In this document: piece by piece, positions 1-11,684 of the stretch
Layout of the letters: each line of letters opens with the position of its first letter
Position numbering within the stretch: the stretch's first letter is position 1
Assembly (NCBI RefSeq): GCF_009914755.1
Contig: NC_060929.1
Reading direction: 5' to 3' (one strand)
Source: the human T2T-CHM13v2.0 reference genome, Homo sapiens
Length of the DNA stretch: 64,000 nucleotides
Program-made: the position numbers and the translations under genes
The notes under the pieces: model-generated
Databases searched by the model: none
Seen by the model: only the letters and a program-made list of their open reading frames with translations
Told to the model about the DNA's origin: nothing

Positions 1-152
1 CCATTCTTACCCCTGCCCCTCCCATCCCCTCCCATCCCCCTCCCATCCCCTCCCATCCTTCTTCCCCCTTCCTATTTCCTTCCCCTCCCCCTTCCCTCCC
101 TCTTCTTTTTCTCCTCCTCCTCCTTCCTTCCCCTCCCCCTTCTCCTTTCCTT
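1..152. repeat. C/T-rich simple repeat, including (CCCTCCCATC)n
   Basis: Almost pure pyrimidine tract adjoining the tail end of a minus-strand Alu. Confidence 0.85.
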
Positions 153-431
153 CTGAGTGAACTGGCATGATCATGGCTTACTGCAGTCTCAACCCCCTGG
201 GCTCAAGTGATGAACCCCCTGGGCTCTAGCTCCCTGGGCTCACTCAACCTCCAAAGTAGCTGGATCTCAGGCACATGCCACCATACCCAGCTAATTTTTA
301 AAAATTATTATTTGTAGAAATGAGATCTCCCTATATTGCCCAGCTGGTCTTGAACTCCTGGGCTCAAGTGATCCTCCTGCTTTGGCCTCCCAAACTGCTG
401 GGATTAGAGATGTGAGCCACTGTGTCAGGCC
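153..431 (-). mobile_element. AluJ-type SINE with internal micro-duplications
   Basis: Reverse-complement Alu motifs (gaactcctgggctcaagtgatcctcctg, gagccactgtg...ggcc). Confidence 0.85.
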
Positions 432-719
432 TTGGTCTTTATTTTCATAGCTTTTGGGCCCTCATGAACAGTCTTCTTTGACTATTTACAACTTCCTTTC
501 TATAAGAAACCCTATCTTATATTGCACAGTCTGCCTCTATTATGTCTAACTTATTGGTTGTTCTAACAAAAATAACTCATTTTACCTTTCCACTATTAGA
601 TTACTGAGCTGGACTGAAGTTTATACATATTCTTCCCAATTTGTTGTCCAGCTGTCAATTACCTGCTCACCTTTTCTTCTGCTCCTTCCTTATTTTTCAT
701 GGATTCAACCTGCTGTGTT

Positions 720-1400
720 GCAAGGTAATGTTTAAGGCAGTGAGGCTGTTAACAGTGAACAAAACCGATGAAGTTCCTATCATTATGGAGCTTATAATTT
801 GTTAGACAAACAGACAATAAACCAACCAACCAACAAGCAAACATTGTATGTGTGTGGTGTGTGTATGTGAGTGTGTATGTTTGTGTGTGTGTGTGTGCAT
901 GCACACACCAGACCATGGTAATGCACAGAAGAAAAGTAAAGCCAGGTCTGGGGATAGAGAATGATGGGAGCTAGTTGCTGTTTTAGATGGGGTGGGTAGA
1001 TAACACCTCTCTGAAAACATGACCTGGAACAACAACTGAACAGAATGAGGGAGAAGCTTTCTAGGTAGAGGAAGAAGCACTCAAAAGCCTGTTATAGGTG
1101 GCAGTGAGGGAACGTGCCTATTATAGTTGCCGGTGAGGAAGCTGGTGTGGCTGGACCAGGGTGAGTGAGAGGGAGTAGGAAGTGAGGAAGGATCTGTTAG
1201 AGGATTGAAAAGGGCCACTTTGGCTGCTGTGAAATATAGATTGCTGCAGGGCAGGAGTGAAGCAGGGAGACCAGCAGGGAGGTTGTAGAGTGAGAACTGA
1301 GGCCTGGGTGAAGACACAGAGGGAAGACACTTCAGATTTACACATGACACAAAGCTTGGCAAAAACACTGGCTCATGTTTTGGAAGACAGAATCAATTTC
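720..1400 (-). mobile_element. L2 LINE 3' fragment containing a (TG)n microsatellite at ~847-907
   Basis: gtgaacaaaac...atggagcttataatt...cagacaataaa resembles the reverse complement of the L2 3' end. Confidence 0.6.
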
Positions 1401-1904
1401 CAGAAAAGTTTCAACAGCCTTGTCTAGTATTAGAGTCAAAATTAACATGATAATATTTAACAGGTCATTATAAAGCCTAACCTCAGATCTGAAAATTGCC
1501 TGTTTAAGAACTGTTGGGGAAGACTTGGGGGTTTTGTTTGATTCCAAAGGCATCATTAGCCAACAGTGAGATATGGTTTCCAAAACATTTAGGTGAATGC
1601 AGATTGCAGATACAGAAGCTTAAGCTAGAATCATGGGAGGTCAGGGTTCCACTGGACCGTGTGCTCATCAGGCCTCATCAGGAATCCAGGCCTATGAATG
1701 GGCATCGGCAGAGGTGAGTGCAGCAGCCCACTGCATGCATGCATTACAGGGTCAACCACCTCTAGTGATGGAGAGAGAAGTACCTTCTCTCCTGTAGAGA
1801 TGTATGAATGTGGTCATTGTTACTCTCGTGATCATTTTCCCTACCTATCAACAGCTTCCCCTCCACTGATAAAGGAATAGTTGTAGCAATGGTTAGAAGT
1901 TAAT

Positions 1905-2187
1905 AATATGAATAGGTAGCATTGTTTGGATTCTTGCTAAATGCCAGATAGTGTTTTAATGATTTGCATGGATAATTACGTTTAATCCTTGCAACAAACC
2001 TATGTGATAGGTGCCATTATAAACTCCATGTTATAGGTGAGGAAACTGAGGCTTGTACAGGTTAAACAACTTGCTCCAAATCATAGAGTATTAGCAGAGC
2101 CCAGAAGAGAGCAATGGAAGACATAAGATTCAAATCCAAGGAGTTTGATTCAAGAACTAGAACTCCTAACCGCTGCGTTATACTGCA
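1905..2187 (-). mobile_element. MIR SINE
   Basis: MIR core gtgaggaaactgaggc...ggttaaacaacttgc with flanking tttaatcct...caacaaacctatg. Confidence 0.8.
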
Positions 2188-3161
2188 AATCTTATGGGTT
2201 AAATTAATGATATCAATATTGTAATTTGTGCATAGTTGGGACTAAATAGGTTTTTTGTAGGCTATTAAACCTATCTTTTATACTGTTTCTGTGGGAAAAT
2301 TTGTGCTGAGTTTTAAACCATCTGAAAAGGGGATTTTGGGGACACAATTCATTTATTAATTGGGGAATGCCAGTATTTCCTTGAATCCTGGATTCAACAT
2401 CTTAGGGAGAATATTGACAGACTGTGTTTTATTCTAGAAGGTATAGTGTAAGACCTGAAAACCATGTCATCTGAAAGACAGGTATAGGAGTTAGAAAAGT
2501 TTAATTTGGAAGAGAAAGGCATTTAAAATGAAGCAAAATCTTCTTGTTGCTGAAATGATAAAACCATACACCCTGATATGATCTAAAGGCCCCTATTTGA
2601 CTTCTGTTTCTAGGTGATCAGATCTAGTCTTCATTCACACTCTAATAATGCCCAAATTTATATCTCTAGTTAAGACCAGAGTTGTCAACTCAGTCCTCTG
2701 AAGCATCTCCACGTCATGTCTAATGTGCATCTCAAACTTAGTGTGGCTAGTGCTGAGCTCTTAACTTGCCACCACAGACTAGTTGATGCAGATGTCCGCA
2801 GCCAGTTGATGGTGGCATCACCATCCTTCCAGTTGCTCAGACCAAAAACCTCACCATTGCATTTCATTCTCTCACTTTCTCCCTTTTATTTTTATGTACT
2901 TTTACATAACATTTTTATGTATTTTTACATTTTTCCACATGCAGTCATCGGCTTATCCTGTTGGTTCTACTTTCACTCACCTCTTCCCACTGCCACTCAG
3001 ACCTTCCCTCTAACTGTTCTCTCTCTGGATAACTCTTGGCACACAATGGTAATGCTGAAAGTTAAATTAGATTCTGTGACTATTCACTCTTCCATCTGCC
3101 TGGACCAACCTCCTCCCATCCCAGGTAGACTCAGGACTCACTCCCTCCTGTCATTCAGGTC

Positions 3162-3661
3162 TGTAGTGAATGAAATAATGGATCTTCAACAATGTCCACA
3201 CCATAATCCCCAGAACCTCTGAATATGTTACCTTACATGCAGAAGGGACTTGGTAAAAGAGTTTAAAGTTAAGGACCTTGAGATAAGGGAGATTTTCCTG
3301 GCTTATCTGGGTGGGCCAAGTGGAATCATATGAGTCCTTATAAGTGGAAGGGGAAAGCAGAAGAGTAGGTTAGAGAAATATGACAAGGGAGGGGCGTGAG
3401 CTACTGTTGCAGGCCTTGAAGATGGAGAAAGCGGCTCATGATTCCAGGAATGTAGGTGGCTTCTAGGAGCTGGAAACAGCTAGCAAAAAGGTGGGGGCCT
3501 CAGTCTCACAACTGCAGGGATCCTATTGCAGGAACCTGTTATCACCTAGAACCTCTGCAGTCACACACCCCAGCCAGTACCTTGATTTTAGCCCATGAGA
3601 CTTGAACAGATAAACCAACCAAGCCCATTGGACTTCTGATCTGTAGTACTGTGAGATAAGT
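3162..3661 (+). mobile_element. MLT1D-like MaLR solo LTR lacking its 3' terminus
   Basis: tgtag...atgtccac...tgaatatgttaccttacatg...gttaaggaccttgagat...ttggacttctga...actgtgagataa. Confidence 0.75.
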
Positions 3662-3802
3662 GATGAGTATATGGCTATAATTTTGGGTGAGGTCTTGATG
3701 GTAAAATAATACTTGAGCAGAGACCTTGTATGGTTTTCTCTTCTTGCTCAAGTATTATTTTACCATCAAGACCTCACCCAAAATTATAGCCGTATACTCA
3801 TC
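3662..3802. repeat. 58-bp inverted repeat (57/58 identical) with 25-nt spacer
   Basis: 3662-3719 is the reverse complement of 3745-3802 apart from one C/T difference at a CpG. Confidence 0.97.
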
Positions 3803-5725
3803 CAGGCCCTCTCTGTCCTATTACCCTGGTTTATTTTTCTCTGTGACACTAATATCTGTTAATTTGTGTGATTGTCCCACCCTCCACCCTCATTAAAATG
3901 TAAGTAAGGTCTGTTAGGGGTTTTTGTCTGTGTTCATTGTTGTATCTCCAATGACTAGCTCTGAACCTGGCACTTGGTAGACCATTAATACTTGCAGAGA
4001 AGAAGAGTGGAGTTAGCTTTTTGCTCCCTCTCCAGCCTCCTTCAGAGGTGTCTCTTCACTGCCTGGCTGTACCACAGTCAGCTGCTTCCGGCCTCTCACC
4101 TGCTGCTTCAGGGCTTTTGCACATGCTCTGCCCACAGTGCTTGTCCCTCCTCTTTGCCTGCTTTCCCTGTAGTCTGAAGCATCAGCTCTTTAGGAAAAGC
4201 TTCCCAGGTCCCTGAGAGCAAATTTTGCCCTCTCTTATTAAAAAACTGTTCCAAGGAATGTTCATTTGAGGGGAAAAAGAAGCATTTTATATTGAGTATA
4301 GCTCCAATAGCCTTTTTTTTTTAGAGACAACGTTGCCTTATAAATTACTAAGTCTGTACTGCTCAGTGTGAAATATTTCAAGTGTTATGCCAAATGGACG
4401 TTCTTTTCTTATTATTCTGTAAACTGCACCAAATCATAGTACATTTGGTCCGCTTTGTATTTGCACCTTTACATTGTATATAGTTTTGTTTATTTATCTT
4501 GAAAAATTTAAGTCCCTTTTTTTCTTGACAGAGAAAGACAAATGCTTTGACACTATCACTAAAACCTTATAAATTATAATAGGTATTAATCATATCTTTT
4601 TTTTTTCCATGAAGGCATTCTTCTTGGAGCTCTCTGGCTTTTATTCTAATTTGAACACTTTTAAGATCGCAAAGCTACATTTTAGGTTTTTTTTCTCTAC
4701 TTTGTTTCTAGGTTAGGTCCACAGTCTTGGCTTCTTTTGTGAATTCCTTTTTTTTTCTTTTTTTAATATTCAAAGAAGGTTCCTGAATGTGTATATAATA
4801 AACCATTTGTGCTTCTGCATATCTGAAAATAACATTTTCCCTTGCCCTTGGTGGAAGATTTGACTAGACATGGAATTCTGCATTAAAGCTCACACACTAT
4901 CAAACTTTGAAGACATTTGGAGCCAAAATTTTGAACAGGTTTTCTATGGATTTCTTTGTTTCTCTGTGTGCCAAGCACCTTTGACCACAAATCTTTCTAG
5001 AGAGGACAGCAACAGAGCAGGCTGTGAGAAGATGCCTCCAAGTGGCCTAGAAGCCCTTGTGTGCTTCCTGCTGGGCACTTTGTCAGCCTTTTCTTGACTA
5101 GCAGCCTTTTGCTTTTGATCTATCTTTCCATTGGCAGTTCTACACCTTCAGTAAGTTTTTCAAAAAAGATGTTTGGGTTATTTGTTTTTTGAGTTTTCCC
5201 GCAAACTGAGATTGACTTTTTGTTGTCTTTATACATGAATAATAATTTAGATGACTATTAAATAATATTCTGATAAAACTCCGCAGGCATTGCTCTACTT
5301 TTTCTGGCAATTAGCATGTCAGAGAAAAAGTTTAGGGTCATCCTGATCTTTGTTTCTGCTTTTTGCTTCTGTACATTAGAAGTGGTTTTTGGTTATGCTT
5401 GTAATTAAAAATAAATTCTAGGGTGGGTAGGTGTGGACATCCTTGTCTTGTTTTTCCCTGGGATATATAAACCCTTTTGATCTTTCCAGCTTAAGAAAGT
5501 TGGATTTCTTTTGTCTTTGATTTTTGCTCTTGTTCTAATTTTTTTGTTCTTTCATCAGGGATTCTTCTCATTGTAGATTGGATATTTATTCTCTTTCATC
5601 CATGATCTTCCTGATGTTCTTTTTGCTATCATGAATTTTCTTTCGAAAGCAGAATCATATCAATACACACACACATACATTTAATCACGTCCAACTCTTA
5701 CATAGGTATTTTGTTGTGGCAATTA

Positions 5726-5914
5726 TGGTAAGTTCTTACCTAATATCAATAGGTTCTTGGAAACTGCAACTTGAAGTGAAATGACATACAGCAGGTCCTT
5801 GAATCATGTCGTTTTGTTAAAAAGTTGATGAGGAAAAAAATTGATTTTGTTATATGTGCTTCAAGTCCCAGTTTCCAAAAACCTCTATCTGCAACATTAA
5901 GTGAGGGCTTACTA
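5726..5914. mobile_element. MER6B-like Tigger MITE
   Basis: Terminal inverted repeats (ggtaagttcttac...gtgagggcttact), internal cagcaggtccttgaat, TA flanks. Confidence 0.75.
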
Positions 5915-7228
5915 TATTTAGAGAATTGTTTTTTGAAGTAGTGGTTGGTTTGTAGCAGTATGTGTTTTTCTTAAAAACTTTTTAAAATTTCTGAAATTTA
6001 GATATTTTTGAAATATGAGAAAAACGCTTCTTCCCCCCTACCCAAAATAGTATGATTAAATTAGTAATTTCTCTTGCTTTATCAATGTGGCATCTTAAAA
6101 TAGAGGAAACGTGACTTCAGGCTCAAAGTAGGAACAAATCAAATTTTTGTGCTAGTTTTTAAAAATGTAAATGTACTTAGAAATCGAATATCATAATAAT
6201 TCTTTACAATTAAATGTTTTCTTATTTTTGTACCCTCATAAAAACTATATGTGTTGTGAATTAATACCTTGCTAAGTACCTGAATTAATACCCTGCTGAG
6301 CACCTGACAATAGGCACACAAGAAATGGCGCTTTTAGAGATTCAACTTTTTATAGTGGAATAACAACCTTTTTTATTATCTTGAATGTTTATTCCTGCTA
6401 AAGAAGGAGAATGTTGATTTCAAGCCTGGCTTTAATATTTGGTGCATCTTGTTCTAATGAACAAGTATTAAATATACATATATATGCATGTATATGTATA
6501 TATATTTATGAAAAGTCATATTCTAAGCAGATAGTTGTCCTTCATGTATATTTCAGATTCCCAGCGTAACGATACACTGACCTAAACTACTTGGAACCTT
6601 GGGCTTAAATCTTTATTTGTATATAGAACCCCTGTCTGTATTTGGCAAGCACTTGAATTATTTATTAGATACTTTTAATCTGTTATAGAGAATTCTTTTC
6701 TTTTTTCTTTTTCTCTTTTTTTTTTGCTTTAGAAGTGATCACTTTGTAACGTATGAGCTTCTGAAAGAGAGAGACCATTCAACTTGAAATATAAGTTAAG
6801 TCCTTCCTTAGCTTAAGTTTATTTTATTTATTAGATATATTCCTGAAAATTGGGGTATAAACCCACATTTTGAACTATTTTATCCTTGACTTCTAGTATA
6901 ATTTCAGAGATGTTACCACAAAAGAAAAAAAGTTGGCTCTGACATGTAATAAAAACCACACTTGGGGATCAGATTCTTCTCTTTAAAGTAATGGCATTTG
7001 TTTTCCTTTTCAATTTGAATTCTATTGACTTAATAATGTTTCTAGAACTGTGGCAAAAATTTAGTCAAATGAACAGAATGATTTTTGTTTTGTTATGCAA
7101 ACCTGAATGGAATCCTTAATACATTTATTTAATTACATGCAGCTTCCCTTACTTTATACAGAGGGGATTTCTGGAAAACTTTGAGGAAAGATGTCTCTAG
7201 GAATAGAAAACTAAACAGGCAAGTCAGA

Positions 7229-7357
7229 GCCAGGCGCAGTGGCATGGGCCTCTAATCCCACCTACTCTGGAGGCTGAGATGGGAAGATCACTTGAGCCCA
7301 GGAGTTTGAGTCCAGCTTCAGCAACATAGCTAAATAAATAAATAAAATAAAAATAAA
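7229..7357 (+). mobile_element. FLAM (Alu monomer)
   Basis: Single monomer with (TAAA)n tail; degenerate TSD aaacaggcaagtcag / aaacaggtaggtcag. Confidence 0.8.
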
Positions 7358-7460
7358 CAGGTAGGTCAGGCTTATATGTAATTTTATGTGAGATATTTGG
7401 AATGGAAACTTATGCCCCCATACATACTTGTCAAAATATACCCAATTAATTCTCATTTTA

Positions 7461-7750
7461 GCCGGGTGCAGTGGCTCACGCCTGTAATCCCAGCACTTGG
7501 GGAGGCCTATGCAGGCGGATCACAAGGTCAGGAGATAGAGACCACCGGTGAATCCCCATCTCTACTAAAAATACAAAAAAATTAGCTGGGCATGGTGGCG
7601 GGCGCCTGTAGTCCCAGCTTCTTGGGAAGCTGAGGCAGGAGAATGGCGTGAACCCAGGGGGCGGAGCTTGCAGTGAGCCAAGACTGCACCACTGCGCTCC
7701 AGCCGGGGCGACAGAGCAAGACTCTGTCTCAAAAAAAAAAAAAAAAAAAA
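7461..7750 (+). mobile_element. AluY-type SINE with an ~11-bp left-arm deletion
   Basis: gagaatggcgtgaacc and ggagcttgcagtgagc are AluY diagnostics; poly-A tail; TSD aattctcatttta at 7448-7460 and 7751-7763. Confidence 0.92.
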
Positions 7751-8689
7751 AATTCTCATTTTATGCACCAGATTGGCCAAAGTAGGACTATGTTGACAAG
7801 GATGGGCCAGACATTCCTATTCATAACAGTGTAACTTAGTACATTAGAGGGGTGAAATCTGGCAACATTTTTGGTAATTTATCTTTTGTTAATTTTACCT
7901 TGTTGGGTTCTAGATATTTTTATAGTCCTAAAAATATTCTTGAGCTTTGTTCTGGCATGTGGTTAAGTTACCTGGAAACAATTTGATCTCTTCAGACCTG
8001 GCTTTGAAGTGTTGTTAAACTGGACTAAAACAGCTTTTAATCTAGTTCATTTTCCCTGCTTCTGAGTCAAGAACCTTCAGAGTACTGTAACTAATGCCTC
8101 GTGAATTATGAAGTTTTCTGCCCCAGCTTTTGGACACAGGCACCATTGCCAGTTGCATGTGAGCTCTGAGCCCTCCTCACTCCTTGGGTAGTTTACCCAA
8201 TCTCACGTGCCGATTGGTTTTCACCTGAATACTTGAGGGAGGCCTCCTCAGCTGCAGGCATTCACCCAGGGTGCAGCTCCCTGTTCTCCATACTCCCAGC
8301 TCCCTTTCCTTAAACTCAGGGGATCACAGGGCTCTGCCTGGGTGGGGTCCCCTTCCCTGGGCCTGCGTAGCTTCTCTCTGGGCAGCAAGCTGAGGTAATA
8401 GTAGGTATGGCCTTGTTTCCTGTCTCTCACTTTCCTTCATTTCCCGATGTCCAATGTCTTGAGAGCCATTTTTTCCACATATTTTGTGCACTTATTTAAT
8501 TTGCCCAGTTTCAAGTGGGAGGCTACATCTCCTTCCTGTTACTCTATCTTGGCCAGAAGAGACCTTGGTTTTCACCTTAAAGTGTGTGGGGTTTTTTTGT
8601 TGTTTGTTTGTTTGTTTTTCAATAGGAATGAAAACAGTCCTTGTCCACCCACAGCCAGTCTGAAATTCCAGAGGCAACACATTCAACTC

Positions 8690-8908
8690 TTTTTTTCTTT
8701 TTTTTTTTTCCACGATCTCTGCTCACCACACCCTCCGCCTCCTGGGTTCAAGCGATTCTCCTGTCTCAGCCTGCCAAGTAGCTGGGATTACAGGCACGCA
8801 CCACTACACCCAGCTAATTTTTGTGTTTTTAGTAGAGACAGGGTTTCATCATATTGGCCAGGCTTGTCTTGAACTCCTGACCTCAGGTGATCCGCCCGTC
8901 TCAGCCCC
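8690..8908 (-). mobile_element. Partial AluS
   Basis: gggttcaagcgattctcctg...gaactcctgacctcaggtgatccgccc; both ends incomplete. Confidence 0.88.
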
Positions 8909-8909
8909 C

Positions 8910-9030
8910 ATAAAGGCTGACCTCTTGTCTGTCTTGTTCAGTGCTGAATCCCAGAGCCTAGAACAACCCCTGGGCTTCCTGGCTCGCAGGCCCTCAGTAA
9001 ATATCTGTTGAATAAATAAACAGATGAATG
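8910..9030 (+). mobile_element. L2 3' end
   Basis: tgtctgtcttgttcagtgctgaatcccagagcctagaaca...ctcagtaaatatctgttgaataaat. Confidence 0.75.
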
Positions 9031-9195
9031 GTGCATTCTGTGCTGAGTGCTTTCCCAGCGCCGTCCTGGAGGCCGCCACCTCACGAGGTGCCTAATCACT
9101 ACTAGGAGTTTACCAGCAGAGCCAAGCAAGAAAAGATATTTCCAGGCAGCAGGGACAACATATGTAGGAAAATTGGAAAGACTTTACAAAAATGA

Positions 9196-9525
<330 letters not shown>

Positions 9526-11600
9526 GGATTTATTAAATTGACTCCATTTCTTTCTTCACTTTGTCGTGAAAATCCTGATGAACAACTTCCTTTCCAAGAT
9601 GTTTTCCCAGAATTTAGAAGAAAGTCTTGATAGTATTAGGCATATTGTGTGTTTTTTCAACTGTAACATTATAAAATATAAGAATTAAAGTTTATCACAA
9701 ACTTTGCTGTGGTGGAACATCCACCCTCCCCCACCCTTCATTGTGAATTTAGTGCTTGTGAAGAGTAACTGTGGAACTTGGTAATGGAACCATCTGGTCA
9801 GTAGAAGAGATGACATTCCATGAAGCAGCCATTGTGTAATTTGTCTTACCCTGGCCTTCAAGGGGGGGCACTTTGAGGGGTGAGCAAGTAGGTAGAGCCT
9901 TGCCGAGTTTTCAACCGTCTCCCTGTTTTATAGATTCTGTAGGTAATGTGCCAGTTAAGGTGGTGGTTTTGTGATAAAGCCTCAAACAATAAGACCCAGA
10001 ACATAACCTCATTTATTTCATAAAGCTCAGCAGATGGAAACTACTTTCATTGCTACATATCGTCCTGATTTCAATCTGGGACTGATAGTAAAAAAGGGGC
10101 TCTGTAGCCTATTAACCAAACCCCCAAGTTAAAGCTGTGCTTCTCTTGTTTGTTTTCTTGAGGTGTTTTCCTGATTCTATTTCTGGCAAGACCTTTGAAG
10201 AAGAATAATTTTCTCTGGTGAATTAATAAACAGATTTTTTTTTTCCTAAAAAAAATCTAAGAATATCTGAGAGTTTGAAGCATATGCATATGGTTTTAGA
10301 AGAAAATATTTCTAATAGTTCACCAAAGGAAAGTATTTATTCAGGGGTATTTCTTGAAAAACAAAATATAAAATATTGATTAAATTGTTAAAAATTTACC
10401 ACTTACTAAAAAGAGGTTTCTTAAACTCAGTCATGCAGCAGAAGATTTTGTTTCTGATTCAAAGAAGCACAAAAATGCAAACAGATTTTATGTTTCTGGA
10501 TTTCTAAAATAGTCATACTTACATGTAAGACAGAAATATAGAGCCATAGCAATCTATTTTCATAATGAAGATGTGCGACCTTGTATGTCATTGCCAAATT
10601 TAAGTAGTTTTTATTTTTAGACTAAAAGTAAGCATGCTTTTAATACTTTTTAGTGTCATGTGATCTCTACAGTTTTGTATTTTTTTCAGAAGGGCGATTG
10701 AAATAGAAAATTAGGCTTATTAAGTAATTAAACAATATTCCTTCATCTTAGTGTTTATAAACTCTCACTTAGCAAAACACAAGTCAAATATAAACTTTTG
10801 GAATGACAGAGCTCCTCTTTAGATCCTGCTAACCATCCCTCCCCATCCGACCTTAAAATTGTATTTTCATGAGCATTTCACAATATTTCTCATCCCTTGT
10901 TTCCAGTCTTGACCCACTGACCCAAGAATCAAGAAAATGTCATGTTAGTGCCTACTAATTAGTGCACCCAGAGAACCTTTTCATCTGGCCTTTCAACCTT
11001 GTGGAGCTAGGAGCACAAGCTGTCACTTGTATCATGCAGGGAAAATGAGCCTTTACTACATTTTGCCTGTTTTGCAAACAGCAGAATAAGCCCAGCTGAG
11101 ACTAGAGATGAATATGCAGGTTAGAAAGAAATTAACCTAAAATGCACTGCTGTTTGCATGATTGTCTTATAGATGACACAGTACTGCCTGCGTTGAAATG
11201 CCCATAATGGAATACCACATGCCTGAGCTTTTTACCAGAGTATTCCTCTTGCAATACTCTGGTAAAGAGTATTGTTTCAATGCTATCATATTCACTTGGT
11301 GAAATCATTTTAAGCAAGAAATATTATTTTATTAAAAAATTAGGTAGGTTTTTTTTTATGCATTTAAGTTTCCCTTGTTTTTAGACAGGTTTTTGGAGGA
11401 TGTCACACTTTGTTAGTGAGCCTTTGGTTCGAGTGCTCATTAATCAGTGCTGTTGGGCCAGGGTCTCCTGAGCCTTCTGGGTTTTGGGGGATCAGCTACT
11501 GTAATTAAAGGGATGAAATATATCATGGTCACAAACTTACCACATCAGACAATTGAGGGTTTTGAACTAATATAATTAATCTTTTAAATTTTTTCCTCAG

Positions 11601-11684
11601 GTGTTTAAGATAGAAGTGCTAATGAATGGAAGAAAACATTTTGTTGAAAAGAGATACAGCGAATTTCATGCTTTGCACAAAAAG
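11601..11684 (+). CDS. SNX24: Sorting nexin-24 coding exon 2 (PX domain, 84 nt, phase 0/0)
   Basis: Acceptor ttttcctcag|GTG and donor AAG|gtaact. Translates without stops to [28 protein letters not shown], with the PX-domain RYSEF motif; matches SNX24 as I recall it. Confidence 0.95.

Larger units (their letters stand above)
2600..3990 (+). mobile_element. L2 LINE fragment interrupted by an MLT1 LTR
   Basis: L2-like ctcactccctcc..tcaggtc stops at ~3160 and resumes at ~3745; L2 3'-end motif ttcattgttgtatctcca...cctggcac near 3935-3975. Confidence 0.6.

Noticed and set aside
2716-3222. 168-aa ORF, the longest in the track
   Set aside because: It lies across decayed L2 and MLT1 sequence, with no recognisable domain or splice structure.
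5726-5914. Long imperfect palindrome
   Set aside because: Fully explained by the terminal inverted repeats of a MER6B-like MITE.
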